Source: Bacteroidota bacterium (GTDB lineage: Bacteria > Bacteroidota > Bacteroidia > NS11-12g > UBA9320). From it: a DNA stretch of 64,000 nt. The stretch covers positions 1-64,000 of the forward strand of contig WGNA01000031.1 of NCBI GenBank assembly GCA_016124755.1, in the 5' to 3' direction. Each line of letters starts with the position of its first letter. The first letter of the stretch is position 1. The notes beneath the pieces are model-generated. The model did no database searches, had not been told where the DNA came from, and saw only the letters and a list, made by a program, of their open reading frames with translations. Below, in pieces: positions 38,357 to 49,244 of the stretch. The position numbers and the translations under genes are program-made.

Positions 38357-40393
38357 ATGAACAAAGTAATCGCGGCATCTGCCGTAGTCATTCTATTCTC
38401 GCAATGCAACAGAAAAAAGGAAATGACCGAAACTGAAACACCTGAAAAGGTCGTGGCTTTCGACCTCTCAAACATCGACTCAACTGTGAGTCCGTGTGAA
38501 AATTTTTACCAATACGCTGTCGGAAACTGGATGAAGAACAATCCGGTTCCATCAACCGAAAGTCGTTGGTCGAGTTTCAATATCCTGCACAAGGAAAATC
38601 AGAAGAAATTAGAATCCTTAATTCTCGAAGCGAATAAAAAGGAAGATGCACATAAGGGCAGCGACGCTCAACTTATTCGTGATCTCTACCGCTCGGCCAT
38701 GGATTCGAATCTTTTAGAAAAGAAAGGAATCACTGCACTCAAGCCTTTGATGGAGGAAATTTCTGCTGTTAGTTCTAAAGAACAATTGTCTTCGGTAATC
38801 GGCAAACTCAAAACTATTGGAGTTTCTACTCCAGTCGGATTATATGTTAGCCGTGACGATAAAAACAGTGAACAATACATCACAACGATTACCCAGAGCG
38901 GACTCACACTACCCGATCGTCAGTATTACATTTCACAGGAAGACAAATACAAAACAATCCGAACCCAGTACATCGAACATATCAATAAAATGTTTGAACT
39001 GGCAGGGATGGTTTCCAGAACTTCAGCCGATAAGATTCTGGCGGTTGAAACAGCAATTGCCAAAGCGCAATGGGATCGCACAGAGCTTCGCGAACCGGAA
39101 AAGAACTATAACAAAATGACGCTGGTTCAGGCTCAATCCAAACTCAGATTTGTGAGTCTGCCTGCTATTATTAAAGAATTAAACATGGCTTCTTTCGATA
39201 CGCTTATTGTCGGACAGCCATCGTATTTCGAAGCAATGGACAAAGCGGTGGGAGCGCTCGACCTTCAGTCCTGGAAAGATTATTTGCTTTGGAAATTAAT
39301 CGACGGACATGCTCCATGGGCTAATAAAGCATTCGAAGACGAGCATTTTAAATTCTTCAGCACTCAGTTACGCGGCGTAAAGGAAAAGAAACCGCGATTA
39401 GAACGAGTGGTGGAAATGATCGACGGAGAACTCGGCGAACCACTCGGTAAGCTGTACGTTGAAAAATATTTCTCTGCTAAGTCGAAAGAATACATGTCTC
39501 AACTCATTGAAAATTTGAGATCCGCTTATCGGGTGCGCATTAAAAACCTTACCTGGATGAGTGCCGAGACAAAAGAAAAAGCACTGAAGAAACTCGAATC
39601 TTTTACCTACAAAATCGGATATCCCGATGAGTGGAAAGACTACACCAAATTGGAAGTTACACCGAATGATCTGTTAACCAATTTCATGAACATCACCAAA
39701 TACCAGATGCGGTTCATGCTCGATCGTCTCGACAAACCGGTTGATAAAAAAGAATGGTTCATGTCGCCTCAGACGGTAAATGCTTATTACAATCCGAATG
39801 GAAATGAAGTGGTATTCCCGGCGGGTATTCTTCAACCTCCTTTCTATCATCCTGATTTTGATGATGCCATTAACTATGGTGGAATTGGTGCTGTAATCGG
39901 TCACGAATTCACGCACGGTTTTGACGACAAGGGAAGCATGAGCGATTGGGACGGAAATCTTAACAACTGGTGGACAGACAGTGATCGCAAGGAATTCGAT
40001 GCACTTACCGGAGCACTTGCCGAACAGTTTGATGCCTACGAACCGATAGCTGGAATGCATGTAAACGGTAAAATGACTTTGGGTGAAAACATCGCCGATC
40101 TGGGTGGTTTAACATTGGCGTATGCTGCGCTCGAAACCAAACTCGCCGGAAAAGATGTACCGGAGATCGATGGCTTCAACTGGCAGCAGCGATTCTTTTT
40201 AGGTTGGGCGAACATCTGGAAGATGACAACCACGGAAGAAGAATTGCGAAACCGTTTGAATACAGATTATCATTCTCCGGGCGAATATCGTGTGCTCGGA
40301 CCACTCGTAAATTTACCTCAGTTTCATCAGGCATTCGGCTGTACAAATCAGGCGATGGTAAAACCTGATTCATCACTGATAAAAATTTGGTAA
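38357..40393 (+). CDS. M13 family metallopeptidase (neprilysin/PepO-like)
   Basis: HEFTHGFDD zinc motif, NAYY, GENIADLGG. 678 aa with a lipoprotein signal. Confidence 0.9.
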   Translation: MNKVIAASAVVILFSQCNRKKEMTETETPEKVVAFDLSNIDSTVSPCENFYQYAVGNWMKNNPVPSTESRWSSFNILHKENQKKLESLILEANKKEDAHKGSDAQLIRDLYRSAMDSNLLEKKGITALKPLMEEISAVSSKEQLSSVIGKLKTIGVSTPVGLYVSRDDKNSEQYITTITQSGLTLPDRQYYISQEDKYKTIRTQYIEHINKMFELAGMVSRTSADKILAVETAIAKAQWDRTELREPEKNYNKMTLVQAQSKLRFVSLPAIIKELNMASFDTLIVGQPSYFEAMDKAVGALDLQSWKDYLLWKLIDGHAPWANKAFEDEHFKFFSTQLRGVKEKKPRLERVVEMIDGELGEPLGKLYVEKYFSAKSKEYMSQLIENLRSAYRVRIKNLTWMSAETKEKALKKLESFTYKIGYPDEWKDYTKLEVTPNDLLTNFMNITKYQMRFMLDRLDKPVDKKEWFMSPQTVNAYYNPNGNEVVFPAGILQPPFYHPDFDDAINYGGIGAVIGHEFTHGFDDKGSMSDWDGNLNNWWTDSDRKEFDALTGALAEQFDAYEPIAGMHVNGKMTLGENIADLGGLTLAYAALETKLAGKDVPEIDGFNWQQRFFLGWANIWKMTTTEEELRNRLNTDYHSPGEYRVLGPLVNLPQFHQAFGCTNQAMVKPDSSLIKIW

Positions 40394-40444
40394 GAGTGAT
40401 GCACCATATATGATATAAATTATATTCGACAAAATTTTCTAGAA

Positions 40445-41290
40445 ATGAAGTTGAGAAATCTGATTTGGGTTGGTATTGCCGCCCTCATGTTCACCGCCTG
40501 TAAAGAGGATGAAGGGGTGAAAAAAACTGACGATACAAACAATACTGAAAACACTGATAATACGCCTGCTCCAATCGTTGTTTCTGAAACCAATATGAGC
40601 ATCATCAACAAGATGACGGCGACTTGGTGCGGACCCTGCGGAGCATGGGGATGGACTTTGTTTGAAGAAATTATCGCAGCAACCGAAAACGATGCGGTTG
40701 AAATGGGAACTTACGGAGACAAAAACAGCAACTATTACAACGCAACATCTCAGGCGTTTAAAACTGCTCAGGCTCCATCGGCAGGTTGGCCGGCATTCTG
40801 TGTGAATGGATACAACAAAACCGAGTATGCTTCAAACGGAGGAATCTATACCACTACAACAAAAACCAACGTGCTTACAGAAGTTTCGCGGTTTAAAGCT
40901 GCAGAATGTGTGGTGAGTGCCGGTTATCGCGATACCATCATCGACGGTAAAATCAAGATCGATGTGAAAACCAAATTCTTCAAAGATGGTGAGGAAGCTT
41001 ACAACTACTATGTTGGTGCTTACGTAATCGAAGATAAAGTTGTGGGTTATCAAAACAGCATCGGAAACAACGCTTCACATCATCACGTTCTCAGAAGTTC
41101 TATGACTGGGGATAATGTTTGGGGAGTTGCCGTTGGAAACGGAAAAGCTGCAGGTTCAGAATTCGACACTTCATTTGAAATGGCCGTTGATCCTAGCTGG
41201 AACACAGAAAATCTGGAGTACGCTGTTATCATCTGGAAAAACATCGGACCGAAATACATGTTCGTGAACGCACATCAGAATAAAGACTGA
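40445..41290 (+). CDS. thioredoxin-fold lipoprotein (possibly Omp28-related)
   Basis: Lipobox LMFTACKED. WCGPCG thioredoxin-like motif. Confidence 0.5.
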   Translation: MKLRNLIWVGIAALMFTACKEDEGVKKTDDTNNTENTDNTPAPIVVSETNMSIINKMTATWCGPCGAWGWTLFEEIIAATENDAVEMGTYGDKNSNYYNATSQAFKTAQAPSAGWPAFCVNGYNKTEYASNGGIYTTTTKTNVLTEVSRFKAAECVVSAGYRDTIIDGKIKIDVKTKFFKDGEEAYNYYVGAYVIEDKVVGYQNSIGNNASHHHVLRSSMTGDNVWGVAVGNGKAAGSEFDTSFEMAVDPSWNTENLEYAVIIWKNIGPKYMFVNAHQNKD

Positions 41291-41314
41291 TTGCAGATTC
41301 CATAAAGTAATTTT

Positions 41315-41350
41315 AAACGGAGGGGCGCATTTGTGTCCCTCCGTTTGTTT
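41315..41350 (+). terminator. rho-independent terminator
   Basis: AAACGGAGGG-(12-nt loop)-CCCTCCGTTT, followed by a T-rich tail. Confidence 0.55.
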
Positions 41351-41408
41351 AATATCATTTTCACAATTCCTTTAGGCTGAAGGAACGAGTCGGGAGTAAT
41401 TTCGCCCC

Positions 41409-42710
41409 GTGAAACGAACTACCGCTTTTGTTCTTTATTTGATTGCCGCTGCAACCGCAACAGCTCAGAGTTCAGACACCTTAAAAATAATGCACTACAA
41501 TTTGTTGAATTACCGCAATTCAACAGCGCAGTGCACAGAATCGACCAACAACGGTGATAAAAAGGATGGTTATCTTTCCATCATAGCGGCACACATCAAA
41601 CCTGATGTGATTACCGTAAATGAAATGGGGGCCAATTGGCTCAATCCGAATAAAATTCTCACCAAGGCATTAAATGTCGATGGGGTTACGCATTTCGATC
41701 AGGCCGAGTTTACCAACAATTCTTTTAGTTCACTCACCAATATGCTTTTCTTCAATACAGAAAAGCTGGTGCTAAAAAATCAGGAAACCATTGCCAAGGA
41801 TAAAAACAATCAGGATCTGGTTCGGGTAGTGGATGTTTACAACCTGTATTATAAAAATGATGAAGCGCTTCAAAAGGGTGACACCATCTTTATCACTTTT
41901 CTGGCGGTTCACCTGAAAGCCGGTAGTACCACCGATGATCAGAACGAAAGAGCCTTGTGTACCGAAGCAATTATGAACTACCTCTCAGATCATAAAGCGG
42001 CCCACAGTTATTTGCTTTCCGGAGATTTTAACGTTCAGTCAAATTCTGAAACAGCGTATAAGAATCTTACGGCAACCGGTTCTGAGGATATTCGTTATTA
42101 CGATCCGGTAGATGCACCGGCAACCTGGAATAACAATTCGAACTACACCAATCTACACACACAAAGTACTCATGTTTCCGACACCAGAGGAGGATGTTTC
42201 AGTTCGGGCGGAATGGACGACCGTTTCGATTTTATTCTGGTTGGAAAAGAAGTGCTGAATAACACCTATGATGTAAAATATCTGGATGGAAGTTATCACG
42301 CCGTGGGACAAGACAGCCGCCGATTCAACAGCGATGTTGTAACACCTTCGAATAATGACGTACCTGCGGATGTTGCTGATGCACTCTATAATATGTCGGA
42401 TCACCTGCCGGTTACGCTGAAACTTGTTGTAAAAAAATCGAACAGCTCGGTGCAACCATTTTCGGGGGTAGGCAGACTAATGATCAGACAACTTCCCGAT
42501 CAGCAATTGGAAATTCGTTTTCCGGAAAGTGTGGTGGAAGGTGTTCGACTACTGGACTTAAGCGGGAGAACCGTTATGGAAGACAATCAAAAATCAAAGA
42601 CAAATACTCAGAATTTAGAAATCCGCTCTGTGAATCCCGGCGTATATATCGTTGAAGTTAGGACACAGAATCGCGGTACGTTAATAACCAAAATAATCAT
42701 TACTCAATAA
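41409..42710 (+). CDS. endonuclease/exonuclease/phosphatase (EEP) family protein with a T9SS C-terminal sorting domain
   Basis: Signal peptide. EEP motifs (IMHYNLLNY ... SGDFN ... SDHLPV). C-terminus ...VNPGVYIVEVRTQNRGTLITKIIITQ. Confidence 0.7.
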   Translation: MKRTTAFVLYLIAAATATAQSSDTLKIMHYNLLNYRNSTAQCTESTNNGDKKDGYLSIIAAHIKPDVITVNEMGANWLNPNKILTKALNVDGVTHFDQAEFTNNSFSSLTNMLFFNTEKLVLKNQETIAKDKNNQDLVRVVDVYNLYYKNDEALQKGDTIFITFLAVHLKAGSTTDDQNERALCTEAIMNYLSDHKAAHSYLLSGDFNVQSNSETAYKNLTATGSEDIRYYDPVDAPATWNNNSNYTNLHTQSTHVSDTRGGCFSSGGMDDRFDFILVGKEVLNNTYDVKYLDGSYHAVGQDSRRFNSDVVTPSNNDVPADVADALYNMSDHLPVTLKLVVKKSNSSVQPFSGVGRLMIRQLPDQQLEIRFPESVVEGVRLLDLSGRTVMEDNQKSKTNTQNLEIRSVNPGVYIVEVRTQNRGTLITKIIITQ

Positions 42711-42738
42711 ACTCATCAATTTTGCACAAGCTAACGCC

Positions 42739-43644
42739 ATGTTCACTCATCAAAGAAAGACTACACTACTGCTGGCATTAGTGTTCGCAACAGTTGCGAA
42801 TGCTCAGTTCATGACCAAGTCCCGACCTAAATACGAATGGTCTGTGGGCGTTGGCACTTCAACCTTCTTCGGCGATATCGGCGGAGCAAACCGGGACGGG
42901 AAAAATCTCCCGGGGCTCACGGGAACCGATCTCACCATGGTAAAACCCGCGTATTCATTTTCCATCAAGCAAAACTTCAAACAAAGGAGTGCTGTAAAAG
43001 CCAGACTTATTTGTACCCGTGCCGAGGGCGATGATCTTAATGCAAAGGATTTAAGCCGCAGAAAAAGGAATCTCCGGTTTGTTTCACCACTGATCAGGTT
43101 GTCGTTTCAATACCAGTACACGGTTGCGAAGAATCTGTTAAAGAATGTGAGCCGCCACACCAAATTGGAGTATTACATATACGCCGGACTCGGAGCGACT
43201 TATTTCGAACCAAAGACTCAGTACAATGGAGAATGGGTAAAACTCAGAAAGCTCGGAACCGAGGGGCAGGGCTTAATTCCCGGAACCCGCTTATACCGAC
43301 CGTTCACCGCAACTATTCCGGTGGGCGGAGGTTTAAAACTGGATCTTAAAAGCGGTTTGAGTTTTTTCGGAGAACTCACATTTAACGCAACCAATTCGGA
43401 TTACATCGACGACGTTCACGGCAAGTATTACGATTCAAATTCCCTATTGCAAAATCGTGGTCCCGTTGCGGCAGCACTCAGTTACCGCGGAAGTTCCGAA
43501 ACCTATCCCAAATCCAGTTCAAGAGGAAGTATTCACTCAAAAGACCATTACGCTACACTTGTAATCGGAGTGAGTATGCAACTCGGCAGAAGTCGTACAG
43601 CTCCCAAGAAACTGCTCGACGAGGATATGGACAACAGTTTCTGA
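42739..43644 (+). CDS. outer-membrane beta-barrel protein
   Basis: Signal peptide ...ATVANAQ. Beta-strand periodicity. 301 aa. Confidence 0.5.
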   Translation: MFTHQRKTTLLLALVFATVANAQFMTKSRPKYEWSVGVGTSTFFGDIGGANRDGKNLPGLTGTDLTMVKPAYSFSIKQNFKQRSAVKARLICTRAEGDDLNAKDLSRRKRNLRFVSPLIRLSFQYQYTVAKNLLKNVSRHTKLEYYIYAGLGATYFEPKTQYNGEWVKLRKLGTEGQGLIPGTRLYRPFTATIPVGGGLKLDLKSGLSFFGELTFNATNSDYIDDVHGKYYDSNSLLQNRGPVAAALSYRGSSETYPKSSSRGSIHSKDHYATLVIGVSMQLGRSRTAPKKLLDEDMDNSF

Positions 43645-43748
43645 TTGCGGAAAATTTGAAATACAAAGCGGAAAATAATTGAGCCGCTGCTCTTATTAAA
43701 TTGGCAAACAAACCCATTAATTGATCCGATAATCTTGAACCTGTAATA

Positions 43749-46700
43749 ATGGTTCAGGACATGAAACGATCAATTTTTCTTCTCACTTCTTTTCTAATTA
43801 CCGTACTGGCTTGTAACCGGTCGAACACGTATCCGAAATACCACCCGGATTTTATTCATCATATTTCTGCATACACGGCAGGAATAATTGAACGCGATGC
43901 CGTCATCCGGATCGTGCTTTCAGATTCGCTCACTCAAAGGCAAATTAAAAAACTGAGTGATCTGGATCTGATGGAATTCAGTCCGAACATCAAAGGCAAA
44001 TACGAGATGGAAGGAAACCGCACTGTGGTTTTTATTCCGAATGAAAAATTGCCCCGAAACATGGTTTATCAGGCAGTTTTTAATTTAGGGAAAGTCAAAA
44101 AAGTGGATCGCGTTCTGCGCCGGTTTCCATTTCGGTTCGAAACCCCCAAACAATCTGTTAACATGGAGGTTGGAGCACTTCAGGCTTACAGCGATTACGA
44201 TCCCAAATACAGGCATATTGAAGGTGTTTTAACAATAAACGACAATGAAGAAATTGATGCGTTAAAGGGTTGTATCTCGGCCGATCTCGACGGAAAAAAT
44301 TTACCGGTAAAAGTTTTCTCAGCCGACCACAATAAGCAATTTATTTTTCGAATCGACAGCATACTCAGAACCGAGAAAAACCGGAATCTGACCATTCGCC
44401 TTAACGGAAAGTCAATCGGAGCATCTGAAGTTCAGACGGAAATCGTAGAAGTTCATGGTCTCGGAGAATTTACCTTAACCAACGTCCTCATTCAAAATGA
44501 ACCGGATCAGAAAATAGAAGCGGTTTTTAGTGATGCGATTTCCGTTATGCAAAGCATCGACGGAATGATCTGGCTTGATGAAGATGCTGACATCAATTAT
44601 GAAATCAACGGAAATGTTGTACGCATTTTTCCTAAAAACCGGTTGACCGGAAGTCATGAAATAAAATTCTCCAAGTCCATTCAGAACAACATGGGATACA
44701 ATCTCAAGAATGAAACGATCCGGGAAATTTATTTTGATCAGACAAAACCCAAACTGCGGTTGGTGGGTAACGGAACGATTGTGCCGGACGCCAAAGGAGT
44801 TGTTTTTCCATTTGAAGCAATGGCATTAAAAGCCGTGGATGTCTGGATTTATCAGGTGTATGAAAAGAACATTCCGCAATTTCTTCAGGTGAATGATCTC
44901 GAGGAATCGGGTCAGTTGAAACGCGTTGGAAAACTCATTCACACTTCTAAAGTAGATCTCAGTCAGAATAAAAAAGTAGCCGAAAACGAATGGACCCGAT
45001 ACACCTTAAATCTCGGCAAATTCATCAACCAGGAACCGGGCGCCATTTATCGCGTGATGATCGGTTTCAGAAAATCTTACACCTTCTTTCAATGTGAAGA
45101 AAACGAAGATGATTACCAGACCGACGCTGATCCGCTTTATTACAATTACTATTCAAACAGCGAATATTATTTGAGAGAATACGAGCCGTGCAATTCTTCA
45201 TTTTATTATTCGGGTGCCATTGCGCGAAACATTCTCGCATCGGATCTCGGACTAATGGTGAAGCAGGGAAGTGATCAGAAATTTCACGTTTTCACAACTG
45301 ATTTAATTACGGCCAAACCCAAAGCAGGCGTAAAAGTAGAACTGTTCGACTATCAGAATACACGAATGGCTTCTGCTGTTTCTGACGAAAATGGAATGGC
45401 GGTATTTTCATCAAAAGAAGAAGATCCTTATCTGTTGGTCGGAAGTTCCGGAAAACAAAAAGGCTATCTCAAACTCGGCAACGGAAGGAGCAATTCCACT
45501 TCAAAATTTGATGTGGAAGGAATAAACGATGAAAAAGGAATTGACGGAATTATTTACACCGAGCGCGGCGTTTGGCGACCCGGCGACAGCATGTATGTAA
45601 TGTTCATTCTTCAGGATAAATTGAAAAATCTTCCGTCGAACGTTCCGGTGAATTTTACCCTCACCGATCCCATGGGCAAAAACCTTATACAAACCGTGAA
45701 AAACCAATCGACCGGCGGAATCTACGATTTCAGAACCGCGACTCCCGCCGACGCTATTACCGGAACGTACCGGGCAAAAGTGGAAGTGGGTGGAAACACA
45801 TTTTACCGCTCACTTCCGGTGGAAACCGTTCAGCCAAACCGACTAAAAATTGCCATGGATGTTTCCGATTCGGCACTGCAGTTAAAAGGAAAAGACACTA
45901 TTTATCTAAAAACCCGATGGCTGCACGGCGCACCTTCGCCCGGACTTGCGTATCAGGTTAACGCTCGAATCCGGTCGGTTACAACCCGGTTTAAAGGCTT
46001 TGAGAAATATTCGTTCGACGACGGAACCAAGTCTTTTAATCAGATGGAACGTGTTGCAGCGGAAGGGAAACTCGATGAAGAAGGTGAAACGCACTTTAGT
46101 CCGAACTGGAGTTTTAATGAAAATGCACCGGGAAGATTAAAGGTTGATTTTATTGCTAAGGTGTTCGAGAAGAGCGGAAATTTTAGCACCGATTTTTCTG
46201 AATTTGAAATCTCACCGTATGCATCTTATGTGGGAATTGGCTCGCCTTCTTCTTTGCAGGAAGATGGTTCGATGGAAACCGACAAATCGCACATCTTTCC
46301 GTTGGCACATTTGAAAGCGAATGGTAAACCGGCGAACGACGGCAAGCTACAAGTGAAAATTTACCGACTCGACTGGAGCTGGTGGTGGGAAAGCGACCGC
46401 AATCTTTCGAGTTATGTTCAGTCGCATTCAATCATTCCGATGATGGATTCGTTGGTGAAGACTGCAAATGGAAAAGGAAAAGTTTCTTTCCGGATTCCAT
46501 ATCCGAACTGGGGACAATTCCTGATGGTTGCCAAAGATCCGGTGTCGGGTCATACCACCAGTAAGGTGTTCTATATCGACTGGCCTTACTGGCGACGCGT
46601 TAACCGAAACCAGACCGATGACGCTTCGATCATTCAGCTTTCCACCGGAAAATCGCATTATAACGTCGGACAAAATATGCAGATCACAATTCCCGCAACC

Positions 46701-49244
46701 GGTGACGGAATGGCGTTGGTTTGTGTTGAAAACGGTTCTTCCGTTCTGAAAAAATTCTGGGTGAATACGACTAAAGGAGAAACGCGTTTCACCGTTACGG
46801 CTACCGAAGAAATGTCGCCCAATGCCTATGTGCACGTGAGTTATCTTCAGCCTTACAAACAAACCGACAACGATTTGCCGGGAAGGATGTACGGCATCAT
46901 TCCGGTAATGGTTGAAAATCCCGGATCGCATATTAGTCCGGTGTTAAATATTCCGGATGAAATACGACCGGATGTTGCTCAACGGGTAGTTGTTTCCGAA
47001 TCTAACGGAAACCCCATGACTTACACATTGGCGGTTGTTGATGAAGGTCTTCTCGATCTCACGCATTTTAAAACCCCGGAAGTATGGAAACACTTTAATC
47101 AAAAGCGCGGACTCGGTGTTCGAACCTGGGATTTGTACGATGATGTCTTGGGTGGATATGCCGGCAAATGGAGCAACGTTTTGAGCGTTGGTGGAGATGA
47201 GGAAGGCAGCAATGCAGGAGATGCAACACACAAGGCAAACCGGTTTAAACCTGCCATCCGGTTTATCGGTCCGTTTACGATACCGGCAAACGGAAAAGCT
47301 GTTCACAACATTAAAATGGGTGATTACATCGGAGCGGTTCGGGTAATGGTTGTGGCCAGAAACGGCAATGCGTACGGAACTACCGAAAAGTCGGTGAAGG
47401 TGAAAAAACCATTGATGGTGTTGAACACACTTCCGAGAATTCTAACGCCGGGAGAGAAGATCGTTATTCCGGTTACGGTTTTTAATCTTGATGAAAAAGC
47501 CAAAAAAGTGATGGTGAAAATCAGTGCGAAAGGCAATCTGGAACTAAAGGGCGAAGCGACCAAAACCATTGAATTCAGCAGGGCGGGAGATGAGATAGTA
47601 ACCTTTTTGGCTACGGTTAAAGAAAGTGTTGGATTGGCAGAAGTAATCACATCCGTAACCGACGGAGTGGAAACCGCATCGGCAGAAACCGAGCTCGATG
47701 TTCGGGCGCCGAATCCGGTTGTGACACATGTTGATGAATACGTTATTAAGCCCGGGGAAACACTCGATATAAAAGCAGCCATGCAGGGAATCGACGGCAC
47801 AAACGATGCGTCAATGGAAGTTTCCGGAATGCCACCGATCAACCTGGCGCAGCGGCTTGACGAACTGATTCACTATCCGCACGGATGTGTTGAACAGACC
47901 ACCAGTTCGGTGTTTGCGCAGTTGTTTCTCGACGACTTTATGATATTGAACGAAGAGCGTGTGAACGAGGTTAATCACAATATACGGGCGGCGATAAACC
48001 GGTTGAGATCGTTTCAAACAGGCGATGGCGGACTGGCGTACTGGCCGGGAAATTCGGAAAGCAACGAATGGGGATCGAATTACGCAGGGCATTTTCTCAC
48101 GGCAGCAAAGGCACGTGGTTACGAGGTGAACGAATATTTCTACAACCGCTGGATCGATTACCAGACGAACAAATCGCGTCAATATTCATCCGGAATCTGG
48201 TACGATCAGCACACACAAGCGTACCGGCTTTATACATTGGCATTAGCAGGAAAACCGGAACTCTCGGCCATGAATCGTTTGCGCGAACAGCAAAATCTTT
48301 CAAACGAAGCACGATGGCGACTTGCCGCAGCCTACGTATTAGCCGGACTTCCCGAATCAGCCAAAGCACTTATTCAGGATGTTTCGAAAGTCAGCCGAAG
48401 TTATCAATCACACGGAAATACGTACGGATCCTCGTTGCGGGATCAGGCGATGATTCTCGAAACCATGGTGCTGATGAAAAAAGAAGATGAAGGTTTAAAA
48501 CTGCTAAAAGAAATTTCGTCTTCGCTTTCAAAAGCATATTGGCTGAGCACTCAGGAAACCGCCTATTCACTGATTGCCATCGCGGGTTATCACAAGAAAT
48601 ACAAGGCATCAAACGGCATCAGTTTTACATTCACCGAAAAAGGAAGAGCGCATTCTGTGAAATCCGCGAAGCCATTTGTCCAGATGCAATTGGCGCAAAA
48701 GGCAAAGCGATCGGTTGAAGCAACAACCGTTAGCAACAAAGGCGAAGGCGTTCTGTTTGTGCGGGTAATTCGTGCCGGTGTTCCGTTGCAGGGCGATACG
48801 AATACCATTAGCCGAAACCTCAATTTAAAAATAAAATATGCCGATCTGGAAGGACGGGAACTGGATCCGAAAACGATTCGTCAGGGTACGGAATTCCGCA
48901 TGATCGTGGAAATTAAAAATCCGGGTACGAAAGGATATCAGGCAGACATGGCATTGTCGCAACTGATTCCGGGTGGCTGGGAAATCCGGAACGAAAGAAT
49001 GTTCGGAAACGGAAATGTGCAGAATTACACGTACCGTGATTATAAAGACGATCGCGTTTATACCTATTTTAATCTCGGAGCTGGTTCGCAAACCACGTAT
49101 GAAGTTTTGTTAACCGCAACGTATCAGGGAACATTCTATCAACCGGCGGTGGTTGCTGAGAATATGTATGATCATGAAGTAATTGCTTCTTTGCCGGGCA
49201 GATGGGTTGAGGTAAAACCGGCGGAATATGGGAGAGTTAATTAG
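43749..49244 (+). CDS. bacterial alpha-2-macroglobulin family protein (thioester-containing)
   Basis: 1831 aa with a lipoprotein signal. The thioester motif is HYPHGCVEQTTSSVFAQ (CxEQ). Multiple MG-like repeats. Confidence 0.9.
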   Translation: MVQDMKRSIFLLTSFLITVLACNRSNTYPKYHPDFIHHISAYTAGIIERDAVIRIVLSDSLTQRQIKKLSDLDLMEFSPNIKGKYEMEGNRTVVFIPNEKLPRNMVYQAVFNLGKVKKVDRVLRRFPFRFETPKQSVNMEVGALQAYSDYDPKYRHIEGVLTINDNEEIDALKGCISADLDGKNLPVKVFSADHNKQFIFRIDSILRTEKNRNLTIRLNGKSIGASEVQTEIVEVHGLGEFTLTNVLIQNEPDQKIEAVFSDAISVMQSIDGMIWLDEDADINYEINGNVVRIFPKNRLTGSHEIKFSKSIQNNMGYNLKNETIREIYFDQTKPKLRLVGNGTIVPDAKGVVFPFEAMALKAVDVWIYQVYEKNIPQFLQVNDLEESGQLKRVGKLIHTSKVDLSQNKKVAENEWTRYTLNLGKFINQEPGAIYRVMIGFRKSYTFFQCEENEDDYQTDADPLYYNYYSNSEYYLREYEPCNSSFYYSGAIARNILASDLGLMVKQGSDQKFHVFTTDLITAKPKAGVKVELFDYQNTRMASAVSDENGMAVFSSKEEDPYLLVGSSGKQKGYLKLGNGRSNSTSKFDVEGINDEKGIDGIIYTERGVWRPGDSMYVMFILQDKLKNLPSNVPVNFTLTDPMGKNLIQTVKNQSTGGIYDFRTATPADAITGTYRAKVEVGGNTFYRSLPVETVQPNRLKIAMDVSDSALQLKGKDTIYLKTRWLHGAPSPGLAYQVNARIRSVTTRFKGFEKYSFDDGTKSFNQMERVAAEGKLDEEGETHFSPNWSFNENAPGRLKVDFIAKVFEKSGNFSTDFSEFEISPYASYVGIGSPSSLQEDGSMETDKSHIFPLAHLKANGKPANDGKLQVKIYRLDWSWWWESDRNLSSYVQSHSIIPMMDSLVKTANGKGKVSFRIPYPNWGQFLMVAKDPVSGHTTSKVFYIDWPYWRRVNRNQTDDASIIQLSTGKSHYNVGQNMQITIPATGDGMALVCVENGSSVLKKFWVNTTKGETRFTVTATEEMSPNAYVHVSYLQPYKQTDNDLPGRMYGIIPVMVENPGSHISPVLNIPDEIRPDVAQRVVVSESNGNPMTYTLAVVDEGLLDLTHFKTPEVWKHFNQKRGLGVRTWDLYDDVLGGYAGKWSNVLSVGGDEEGSNAGDATHKANRFKPAIRFIGPFTIPANGKAVHNIKMGDYIGAVRVMVVARNGNAYGTTEKSVKVKKPLMVLNTLPRILTPGEKIVIPVTVFNLDEKAKKVMVKISAKGNLELKGEATKTIEFSRAGDEIVTFLATVKESVGLAEVITSVTDGVETASAETELDVRAPNPVVTHVDEYVIKPGETLDIKAAMQGIDGTNDASMEVSGMPPINLAQRLDELIHYPHGCVEQTTSSVFAQLFLDDFMILNEERVNEVNHNIRAAINRLRSFQTGDGGLAYWPGNSESNEWGSNYAGHFLTAAKARGYEVNEYFYNRWIDYQTNKSRQYSSGIWYDQHTQAYRLYTLALAGKPELSAMNRLREQQNLSNEARWRLAAAYVLAGLPESAKALIQDVSKVSRSYQSHGNTYGSSLRDQAMILETMVLMKKEDEGLKLLKEISSSLSKAYWLSTQETAYSLIAIAGYHKKYKASNGISFTFTEKGRAHSVKSAKPFVQMQLAQKAKRSVEATTVSNKGEGVLFVRVIRAGVPLQGDTNTISRNLNLKIKYADLEGRELDPKTIRQGTEFRMIVEIKNPGTKGYQADMALSQLIPGGWEIRNERMFGNGNVQNYTYRDYKDDRVYTYFNLGAGSQTTYEVLLTATYQGTFYQPAVVAENMYDHEVIASLPGRWVEVKPAEYGRVN

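Noticed and set aside
46428-47842. Antisense ORFs of 120-170 aa inside the alpha-2-macroglobulin gene. Similar ones lie inside the S41 protease gene at 36535..37143 and inside the integrase gene at 1942..2250.
   Set aside because: They are fully embedded opposite or overlapping strongly supported long genes and have biased low-complexity composition. These are typical spurious ORFs.
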